This document shows positions 1-7,201 of a DNA stretch of 24,929 bases, piece by piece (the first letter of the stretch is position 1; each line of letters starts with the position of its first letter). Made by a program: the position numbers and the translations under genes. This DNA comes from a virus (lineage: Duplodnaviria; Caudoviricetes): positions 1 to 24,929 of the IMG/VR virus record IMGVR_UViG_3300037755_000760; one strand, 5' to 3'. The notes under the pieces are model-generated. The model had not been told where the DNA came from. It saw nothing but the letters and a program-made list of their open reading frames with translations, and ran no database searches.

Positions 1-213
1 GGCACCGAGATCGCGGTCGCGACCGACATGGAGGACCTGGTGGACCGTGCGCGCCAATTCCGAGCGAACGGCGGCGCGGCCGAGCTCCGGGAGCTCGCCG
101 AGGCGATGGGTTTCGGACAGCGGCAGCCGTTCCAGGAGAGCATCAACGACTTGAAGCGGTTCAGGCGAGCGTTCGACCAGTTGCAGGCGGACGAAAGGAG
201 AGCGACGGGATGA
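1..213 (+). CDS. Hypothetical protein, probably 5'-truncated by the window edge
   Basis: Frame is open from base 1 (GTEIAVATDMEDLV...). Its TGA overlaps the ATG of the next gene (ATGA, 210-213). Confidence 0.6.
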   Translation, partial: GTEIAVATDMEDLVDRARQFRANGGAAELRELAEAMGFGQRQPFQESINDLKRFRRAFDQLQADERRATG

Positions 214-800
214 CAGTCATCACGTGGTCGAATCCGAATCTGCCGTCCGAGGTCGTGCCGCGTCGCCGACGCCGCGAGCCGAGGAGCCTCCTCGCCCTCG
301 ACCCCGACCTCGAATGGTTCCTCCACGAGAGCGCCAGCGAGCTCGGGTACCGGGGCACGATGGGCGCCATCATCGCCGCCGCGCTCTCCGGCTCGTTCGG
401 TTACGTGGAGCCGAGCGAGGCCTCGATGCGCCGGCGCGCGGCAGCGGCCGAGCGCGCGAGCCGGGTCCTCCAGCGCTGGCGGCTCCTCGGTGTCCGCCAC
501 CGTCGGATCCTCGAGGTCCACTACCACCCGCGCCCGCAGACGAGCCGTGAGGCGGGATGGGCGCGCAGCCCCGACGAGCGCATCCATGCTGCCATCGGGT
601 TCTGCGCGCAGGTGGCGGTCTTTTTCCACAAGTCCCCGCGGAAGCTCCTGGACGCCTGCGATCGCCCACACGTGTCGGCCAACGACGCGCTCATCGCCGC
701 CGCGCGCCAACGGGCTGAAGGCGTCGTCACGGCAGCACAGCGGGCTTGGTTCGCGACGGGGCGACGGGTCGTCGAGGCGGAGCTCGAGGCGCTCGGGTGA
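210..800 (+). CDS. Hypothetical protein, possible late-transcription regulator
   Basis: GGAG upstream and coupled to genes on both sides. The segment WRLLGVRHRRILEVHY loosely recalls sigma region-4/RinA/Q-like helices, and the gene lies just before the packaging genes. Function is inferred. Confidence 0.55.
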   Translation: MTVITWSNPNLPSEVVPRRRRREPRSLLALDPDLEWFLHESASELGYRGTMGAIIAAALSGSFGYVEPSEASMRRRAAAAERASRVLQRWRLLGVRHRRILEVHYHPRPQTSREAGWARSPDERIHAAIGFCAQVAVFFHKSPRKLLDACDRPHVSANDALIAAARQRAEGVVTAAQRAWFATGRRVVEAELEALG

Positions 801-1249
801 CGAGCATCGACGAGCTCCCGGAAGCGGTGCCCGGGTCCGGGCTCGTCGAGCTCACGGCGGTCGCGCGCGTCGGGAAGTGCCACCCAAAGACGATGCTCCG
901 AAGGCTCCGTGCCCTCGAGCACGAGCACGGCACCGCGCTCGTCCGGACGTTGCAGGCCGCGCCGGGCGTTGCTCGGCGATACCTGGTCTATCGACGGCGC
1001 CTCCGCCGGGTGCTCGAAACCGACCCCGAACAGCGCACGGTCGAGCTCGCGTTCCAGGGATCGCGGATCGACGATTTGGAACAAAAGTGCACGGCGCTCG
1101 CAAAATCGCTGAACCGGCTGAAAAGATCCCTAAATCGCGATGGCCAACGGGCCGGGCGTCGGACAGGATCGGACAGCGTCGGACACGCCGCGCCCCGGTA
1201 TTCAGTGAGCCCTGCGCACGAAGCGCGAACGACGGAGAGCAAGCCATGA
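797..1249 (+). CDS. Putative HTH DNA-binding protein with coiled coil
   Basis: GTG start at 797 overlaps the previous TGA. LTAVARVGKCHPKTMLRRL is HTH-like (MerR/Xis style) and is followed by the heptad segment IDDLEQKCTALAKSLNRLKRSL. Confidence 0.6.
   Translation: MTSIDELPEAVPGSGLVELTAVARVGKCHPKTMLRRLRALEHEHGTALVRTLQAAPGVARRYLVYRRRLRRVLETDPEQRTVELAFQGSRIDDLEQKCTALAKSLNRLKRSLNRDGQRAGRRTGSDSVGHAAPRYSVSPAHEARTTESKP
1159..1185 (+). repeat. Three direct TCGGACA repeats at exact 10-bp spacing; candidate protein-binding site
   Basis: TCGGACA starts at 1159, 1169 and 1179. Confidence 0.75.
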
Positions 1250-1293
1250 GCCGCTGACGCCGACGGGCCACGCGGGCTACCCTCCCGGTCCGC

Positions 1294-1503
1294 GTGGCCG
1301 TCAACTCCGACAGCGACAGCGACACTGGCATCGAGCTCGAGTGGCACATCGACGCCCGCTGCTTCCGGTGCGGCGCCCCACGGGAGCTCAGCGGGCACCT
1401 GCGGGTCTGGGGCGACGAGACCATCATCACCGAAACGGACGAGCCCTGTGACCAGTGCGGCGAGCGGAAAATCCGGACGAGGTTCGGGGTCGAGGAACTG
1501 TAA
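1294..1503 (+). CDS. Small zinc-ribbon protein (CxxC...CxxC); the original start may be ATG 1246, with an in-frame TGA at 1255-1257
   Basis: CFRC and CDQC motifs. The upstream in-frame ATG has a GGAGAG RBS. Confidence 0.6.
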   Translation: MAVNSDSDSDTGIELEWHIDARCFRCGAPRELSGHLRVWGDETIITETDEPCDQCGERKIRTRFGVEEL

Positions 1504-1545
1504 CGCAACGCGCCAGGCGATCGAACGCCATGGACGGCGAACACG

Positions 1546-2055
1546 ATGGCCACACGAAAGCGGCGGCGGAAGTCGCTGCGAACACCCAAGCAGGCAGCGA
1601 CCGAGCTCGCGATAGAGCGACGCCGAGAGAAGGCTCTTCAGCTACGTCTCGCCGGCTGGTCGATCCGTGACATCGCGGGTCACCTGAAGTGCTCGGTCAG
1701 CACGGCGCACACCGACGTGGCCGCCGTCCTCGACCGCACCCTCGACGCAACCGACAAGGCCGCGCAGCGTGGCCGAGCTCTCTCACTCGCGCGGCTCGAC
1801 GTCGCGACGAAGGGGATCTGGCCAGCGGTGGAGTCTGGCAGCCCCGAGGCCGCGCGCGTTCTCGTGAGGCTCGAGCAGCGCCGGGCGAAGCTCGAGGGTA
1901 TCGACGCGCCGACGCGCATCGAGGCAAGCGGACCGGACGGCGCTCCCATCCCGATCGATGCTCGCTCGGACCTCCTCACCCGAATCGCTGGCCTCGTCGC
2001 TGGCTCGATTGCCGGAGGCACAACGGGCGAAGATTCTGGGGGGCCTGACCGATGA
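1546..2055 (+). CDS. terS: Terminase small subunit
   Basis: N-terminal HTH (RREKALQLRLAGWSIRDIAGHLKCSVSTA), helical middle, C-terminal IEASGPDGAPI motif; directly precedes terL. Confidence 0.8.
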   Translation: MATRKRRRKSLRTPKQAATELAIERRREKALQLRLAGWSIRDIAGHLKCSVSTAHTDVAAVLDRTLDATDKAAQRGRALSLARLDVATKGIWPAVESGSPEAARVLVRLEQRRAKLEGIDAPTRIEASGPDGAPIPIDARSDLLTRIAGLVAGSIAGGTTGEDSGGPDR

Positions 2056-3316
2056 GGAGACCGAGGCGCTTCGCTGGGACTGGCGATTCTGGGCTCGCCC
2101 GGAGCAGCTCGCCCCCGCGGGCGATTGGCGGTACTGGCTCGTCCTCGCGGGTCGCGGATTTGGCAAAACGCGCACCATCAACGAGTGGTTGCTGGGCCGT
2201 ATCGAGCGCGGGCAGGCGCGGCGCATCACAATCCTCGCGGCGACTGCTAGCGATGCTCGAGACGTCGTGGTGGAGGGCGAGAGCGGCCTGCTGAATATTG
2301 CGCCGCCGTGGCTGCGGCCGGTGCCGTTCCTTTCGAAGCGGCGCCTCGAATGGCCGAAGTACAAGGCGCGCGCGACCATCCTGAGCGCCGACAAGCCCGA
2401 CCGCCTTCGCGGTCCGCAGTGCGACACCGCGATATGCGACGAGCTCGCGGCGTGGCGCTACCCGGAGGCCTGGGATCAGCTCTTGTTCGGGTTGCGGCTC
2501 GGAAGCGATCCTCGGGTCGCCGTGGCGACGACGCCGCGCCCGACGCCGCTCATCAAGAGCCTCGTCGACGACAAGCTCTGTGTGCTTTCCAGGGGCTCCA
2601 CGCACGACAATCGCGCAAACTTAGCGGCACCGTTCCTCGACGCGATCCTTCGAAAGTTCGAGGGTACGCGCATGGGTCGCCAGGAGATCGACGCTGAGAT
2701 CCTGGACGACGCCCCCGGCGCGCTGTGGCGCCGCGACACGATGATCGAGGCGCTGCGCGTAGCATCCGCGCCCGAGCTCGTAAGAATCGTGGTCGCCATC
2801 GACCCTTCGGTCTCGAGCGATAGTGAGAACGCGGAAACGGGCATCGTTGCGGCGGGGCTCGGTCGTGATGGCCACGGCTACGTGCTGGCCGATGGATCGC
2901 TCGAGCGACCGACGCCGGATGAGTGGGGTACCGGAGCGCTTGCGCTCTACACGACCCTGCGTGCCGATCGCATCATTGGCGAGACCAACAACGGCGGCGA
3001 CCTGGTCGAAGCCAACATCAAAGCGGTGGCGCGCGGCGATGGCTCTCGGGCTGCGATCGGGTACGCCTTCCGGAAAGTCCACGCGGCGCGCGGCAAGCAG
3101 ACGCGTGCCGAACCGATCGCGGCGCTGTACGAGCAGAAGCGGGTCCACCACGTGGGCGCCTTCGCGCAGCTCGAAGATCAGCTCTGCCAGTGGGAACCGG
3201 GCGTCTCGACGTGGAGCCCGAACCGGCTCGACGCTCTGGTTTGGGCGCTGACCGAGTTGATGCTCGAGCACACCGACCCGGGAAAACTCATCATCGTCAA
3301 CCGCCGTAGGAATTGA
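1958..3316 (+). CDS. terL: Terminase large subunit
   Basis: Walker A LAGRGFGKT, Walker B AICDELAAW, coupling motif ATTPRP, nuclease motifs VVAIDPS and SPNRLDALVWAL. Confidence 0.95.
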   Translation: MLARTSSPESLASSLARLPEAQRAKILGGLTDEETEALRWDWRFWARPEQLAPAGDWRYWLVLAGRGFGKTRTINEWLLGRIERGQARRITILAATASDARDVVVEGESGLLNIAPPWLRPVPFLSKRRLEWPKYKARATILSADKPDRLRGPQCDTAICDELAAWRYPEAWDQLLFGLRLGSDPRVAVATTPRPTPLIKSLVDDKLCVLSRGSTHDNRANLAAPFLDAILRKFEGTRMGRQEIDAEILDDAPGALWRRDTMIEALRVASAPELVRIVVAIDPSVSSDSENAETGIVAAGLGRDGHGYVLADGSLERPTPDEWGTGALALYTTLRADRIIGETNNGGDLVEANIKAVARGDGSRAAIGYAFRKVHAARGKQTRAEPIAALYEQKRVHHVGAFAQLEDQLCQWEPGVSTWSPNRLDALVWALTELMLEHTDPGKLIIVNRRRN

Positions 3317-4971
3317 TGGCCGCTCGCCGTCGCGCAAAGAAGCCGTCCGGCGATAGCCAGAGCGGAATCGTTGTTCAGCCACACACGCGGACGCGATCGA
3401 AGTGGACGCCGTCTCTCATCCGGTCCGCCGAAACCTTGGCCGACGCCGGAGACTTTCGGCTTGTGGGGGAGCTCTGCGAGTGGCTGCTCGGCGACGAGCA
3501 AATCGCTCGGCACCTCCACGCCCGCGCGCAAGCGTTGCTCGGGCTCGACCCGACTTTCGAGAAGAGCGGCGATAAGCGACGCTCGACTCGCGTCATCAGA
3601 GCACTCGAGGCCGGCGAGGACTGGTGGGACAGCTACCCTGAAGCCGAACTGACCGAGATCCTAATCTGGGGGATATTGCTCGGTTTCTCTGTCGCCCGCC
3701 ATCGATGGCAGGAGCTACGCGGACACGACGGCCGCATCCTGCCGCGGCCAGAAGTGTGGGAGGCACAACACGTCCGATACGACTGGACGGCTCGGACCTG
3801 GAAGGCGCTGGTCGTGTTGGGCAACAACACGAGCTCTGCTGGCGTAGAGGAGCCGTTCCAGCCCGGCGATGGAACGTGGTTGCTCCATTCGCCATATGGC
3901 GCGCACCGCCCGTGGCTCCGTGGACTCTGGAGAGGCCTTGGCCGATTCCGTCTGCTTCGTGATTACGCGGCATCGGACCTCGGGCGCCTTGGCGAGGACG
4001 CTACGCGCGAGGTCATCGAAACCGAAGCTGGATCGCAGGTCACCCCGGAGATGCGGCAGGAGCTAGCCGACGATCTCATGGACCTCGGGCGCGAAGCGAA
4101 GATCGTTCTGCCGCCTGGAATGACCTACAAGTTGGTGACCACCGCTCAGGGTGCCGCCGAGATTTTCCAGAAACAGTTCGACCTTGCGGAGCGCGCGTTC
4201 GCGATCGCGATCCGGGGTGGCAACCTGACGTCGAACGTGGAGGGCGGTAGTCGCGCGGCCGCCGAGGTGCAGGAGCGCCAGGGCGAACTCGTCAATCTTC
4301 GGTTCGACGCTCAGGGGCTCACGACAACGATCCACGATCAATCGCTCGTCTGGTGGGCAGAGTTCAATTTCGGCGACGCAGAGCTTGCCCCGTGGCCCGT
4401 CTACCCAGTCGATCCCGAGCGTGACATCGCCGCCGCAGCGAATGGCGCCGGAAAGGCCCTTGATGCTGCGGAGAAGGCGACGGCGCTTGGGTTTGAGGTG
4501 GACCATGAAGCGTTTTCGGAGGAGTTCGGGCTTTCGAAGTGGCTGAAAAAACCGCAGCGCCCCATTGCTCCACAGGTACCGCCGCGGAGCGCGCCAGCCC
4601 CCACCGATCCGGAGCTGGACTCGCGGCAGAGGTCTCGGCCGTCTGCACTGGTGGTGCGAAACTTACGACTCGCGTCCGGGGCATCCGTCTCTGAAGCGCC
4701 CGGCTTCGTCAACGGGCAACTATTCGCCGACGCGCTGACCGAGCGAGCGACCGGCGCTGGCGTAGCTGCCCTGCAAGGCACGATCGCTGCGATCGTGGAT
4801 GTCCTCGACTCCATCGCCGCCGACGACCCCGACCCCTGGGGCACACTTCGCGCACGGCTCCGCGAGAAGTACACCGAGCTCGACGCCGAGGCCTTGAGCG
4901 ACCTCGTGTTCCGCGCGATGGCCATGGCCGAGCTCGCGGGGCGCGCGTCCGTCCAGCAGGATCTCGAGTGA
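3316..4971 (+). CDS. Portal protein, Mu gp29/DUF935-like
   Basis: Follows terL with TGATG overlap. Motifs LLGFSVA, GGNLTS...GGSRAAAEVQE and C-terminal LREKYTELDAEALSDLVFRAMAMAELAGR are typical of DUF935 portals. Confidence 0.85.
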   Translation: MAARRRAKKPSGDSQSGIVVQPHTRTRSKWTPSLIRSAETLADAGDFRLVGELCEWLLGDEQIARHLHARAQALLGLDPTFEKSGDKRRSTRVIRALEAGEDWWDSYPEAELTEILIWGILLGFSVARHRWQELRGHDGRILPRPEVWEAQHVRYDWTARTWKALVVLGNNTSSAGVEEPFQPGDGTWLLHSPYGAHRPWLRGLWRGLGRFRLLRDYAASDLGRLGEDATREVIETEAGSQVTPEMRQELADDLMDLGREAKIVLPPGMTYKLVTTAQGAAEIFQKQFDLAERAFAIAIRGGNLTSNVEGGSRAAAEVQERQGELVNLRFDAQGLTTTIHDQSLVWWAEFNFGDAELAPWPVYPVDPERDIAAAANGAGKALDAAEKATALGFEVDHEAFSEEFGLSKWLKKPQRPIAPQVPPRSAPAPTDPELDSRQRSRPSALVVRNLRLASGASVSEAPGFVNGQLFADALTERATGAGVAALQGTIAAIVDVLDSIAADDPDPWGTLRARLREKYTELDAEALSDLVFRAMAMAELAGRASVQQDLE

Positions 4972-6521
4972 GCTGGGCGGTCACGGCCGACCCGGAACGG
5001 TTCACCGAGGCGGTCGACTGGGCGGCGGCGCGCATCGTCATCACGAAGGAGCAGGCGCTCGAGCTCGACAGCCGCGGGCGCCGTCAGGCCTTCTGGGTTG
5101 GCAACGGTCTCCAGCTCGAGCAGATTCAGCGCGTCTTCGACAAGCTGAACGGCGCGCAGGAGTCCGGTTTCCCCTTCGAGGACTGGCGGCGAGAGGTTCG
5201 CGCCGAGCTTACGAACGACGCGCACGCGGAAACCGTCTTCCGCAACGCCGTCCAGCGAGCCCTGAACGCCGGTAGGCTGCGCCAGCAGCGCGACCCGGAC
5301 GTCCTGGCACTGCGTTCGATCTGGGAATACGACAGCGTCCTGGACGACCGCACGACGGAGCTCTGCCGGTCCCTCGGCAGCCCAGCCGTACGTCTGCCAG
5401 CCGATCACCCGCGCTGGCTCACGATCTACCCACCGAATCACCATCGGTGCCGCGCCGGCGTCCGGAACATCACAGAGCGCCAGGCAGCGACCCGCGGCGG
5501 CGTCACGCCCGAGGACCAGCTCCCGGACGTGGAGCCCGACGCCGGATGGGCAGCGGCGCCGGACGGGGACGACGATGAGCCGCCGAAGCCGAAGCCGGAG
5601 AAGACCGACCCGGTGCTCCTGGCGGAGCTCGAACGCAAGCGCATCGCACCGCCGGCGCCGAGGCGCCGCAAGAAGACGAAGGCTCCCAAGGAGCACGACC
5701 CCGATCATTGGGAGGCGCAGTACCGGAAGCCCGGGGAGTTCGCGAAGGATGGATACGGCGAGGCAGCTCGAGCGGTCGCGTGGGGTCGAGCGATGGATGC
5801 GCGAGCGCTATCGCGACCAGCGTCCGAGGTGCTGTCCCAACTCCGCAAGGTGCACGAGCGGACTCGGAACCCCGTCGTCGAAAGTATCCTGGTTGAGTGG
5901 GAGGGCGTGCTCGAGGAGCTTGGGGACCGGCGCATCGGATCCATTGTGGCCGGTAACGCGAACCTTCGTGGCGCCGCAGCGATCGCGGAGCACACGCGAG
6001 CGGTCAAGCGTGGACGAAAGCTCCGCTTCACCGGGGCAGGGTTGCCCGACGAAGCGGTCCAATTCTACGACGGATTGCTCGATAAGTCGGTTACAAGGCC
6101 AAGCGTTCCCGTTCGTCGCCTGCAAGGGATTCGGGCTGGTTACTTGCCGGGATCGAAGCAGATCCACCTCGATGAATTCAGCGGCGTCGGCACGGCGATC
6201 CACGAGGCCGCGCACGCGCTCGAAGACCACGACGGACGTGCGCTCTCGAGGTCGCTTGCCTTTCTGGCGGCCAGGACGGCCGGCGAGGCGCCCCAAAAGC
6301 TCAAGGAGCTACGACCTGATCGGGACTATCGGGACAACGAGGTCACTCGCACCGATCGATTCTCCGACCCCTACATGGGCAAGGATTACGCGCCCCTGGG
6401 GCTGTCCGCGACCGAGATCACCTCGATGGGATACGAGCAGCTGTACCGTAGATGGCGAGACCTCTGGGACGAGGACCGGGAGCTGCTATACTTCCTGCTG
6501 GGCCAATTGGCCGGCAGGTGA
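4968..6521 (+). CDS. MuF/SPP1 gp7-like head morphogenesis protein with C-terminal HExxH zinc-metallopeptidase-like extension
   Basis: MuF motif WEYDSVLDDRTTELC...YPPNHHRCR, then a Pro/Lys linker, IHEAAH (His codons 6201-6215) and PYMGKDY...TEITSMG. Confidence 0.85.
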   Translation: MSWAVTADPERFTEAVDWAAARIVITKEQALELDSRGRRQAFWVGNGLQLEQIQRVFDKLNGAQESGFPFEDWRREVRAELTNDAHAETVFRNAVQRALNAGRLRQQRDPDVLALRSIWEYDSVLDDRTTELCRSLGSPAVRLPADHPRWLTIYPPNHHRCRAGVRNITERQAATRGGVTPEDQLPDVEPDAGWAAAPDGDDDEPPKPKPEKTDPVLLAELERKRIAPPAPRRRKKTKAPKEHDPDHWEAQYRKPGEFAKDGYGEAARAVAWGRAMDARALSRPASEVLSQLRKVHERTRNPVVESILVEWEGVLEELGDRRIGSIVAGNANLRGAAAIAEHTRAVKRGRKLRFTGAGLPDEAVQFYDGLLDKSVTRPSVPVRRLQGIRAGYLPGSKQIHLDEFSGVGTAIHEAAHALEDHDGRALSRSLAFLAARTAGEAPQKLKELRPDRDYRDNEVTRTDRFSDPYMGKDYAPLGLSATEITSMGYEQLYRRWRDLWDEDRELLYFLLGQLAGR

Positions 6522-6525
6522 AGCG

Positions 6526-6843
6526 GTGCTCTGGAAGATCAGCGACGGAACGACGGTCGAACTCGGCGGAACAATCCGCGGCGCGACCGTGCTTGCGCAG
6601 CGGCTGCGAGACCAGCTACCGCGCGCAACAGTGGCCATTTGGGCGCACCCTAGCCGTCACTTCGATGTCCACCCCAACGACCCAGCGCTGCTCGATGCGT
6701 GGCTTGCAGAGCGCGTCGAATGGTGGCAGCGCGTGCGAAGGTTGAAGCTCACGCTCGAGCGACCCGACGGCATCCCGCCGTTGCCGCCTCCGCCATGGGC
6801 GGGCCGAGAAGCTGACGAAGACGGCGAACTCGTCGTCTACTGA
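6526..6843 (+). CDS. Small hypothetical protein, candidate immunity/partner of the MuF extension
   Basis: GTG at 6526 with AGGTG upstream, 4 nt after the MuF stop. It is the 105-aa 3' part of listed ORF 5575..6843 (MLWKISDGTTVELGG...). Confidence 0.6.
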   Translation: MLWKISDGTTVELGGTIRGATVLAQRLRDQLPRATVAIWAHPSRHFDVHPNDPALLDAWLAERVEWWQRVRRLKLTLERPDGIPPLPPPPWAGREADEDGELVVY

Positions 6844-6935
6844 GCTGGTCCTAGGCCCTACCCGCGCGCGCCGGCGCACTGAACCCACCGGCGACCAAAC
6901 CACAGCACGCCCCGCACCCGGGCGACAACGGAGCC

Positions 6936-7172
6936 ATGTCCTACGCCCAGCAGATCCCCGTCACCAAGAGCGACACGGTGGACATCCGCCCCGGCTTCGT
7001 CGCCTGGGCGCTGTGGATCGGTGACGCAGGCGACGGCACCCTGCGGGTCACGACCGAGCTCGGCGTGGTCGTGAACTACGCGAGCGTCGCGACTGGGCTG
7101 ATGCCGATTCGCGTCCGCCGAGTGCACAACACCGGGACGGGCGCGGCCGACATCGTGGCGCTCGCGCCGTAA
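6936..7172 (+). CDS. Head-spike base protein, RcGTA Rcc01079-like
   Basis: GGAG RBS. Pattern VTKSDTVDI..ALWIGDAGD..LMPIRVRRVHNTGTGAADIVAL matches the recalled family pattern VTPSD..ALYVG.AG..LP.RV.RV..TGT.A..IVAL. Confidence 0.75.
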   Translation: MSYAQQIPVTKSDTVDIRPGFVAWALWIGDAGDGTLRVTTELGVVVNYASVATGLMPIRVRRVHNTGTGAADIVALAP

Positions 7173-7201
7173 TTGCGTCGCCATCAGAAGGAACCAAGCG
7201 A

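Noticed and set aside
1255-1257. Genome-wide TGA recoding
   Set aside because: TGA ends most genes and takes part in many ATGA/GTGA/TGATG couplings, so it functions as a stop.
5575-6525. Full 422-aa ORF 5575..6843
   Set aside because: The 5' part overlaps the MuF gene in another frame and is Ser/Arg-rich noise. Only the portion from GTG 6526 looks coding.
6861-6890. Resemblance between intergenic 6861-6890 and 21806-21838 (GCGCCGGC...CTGAAC) as a shared promoter
   Set aside because: Short, GC-rich and differently spaced; cannot be distinguished from chance by eye.
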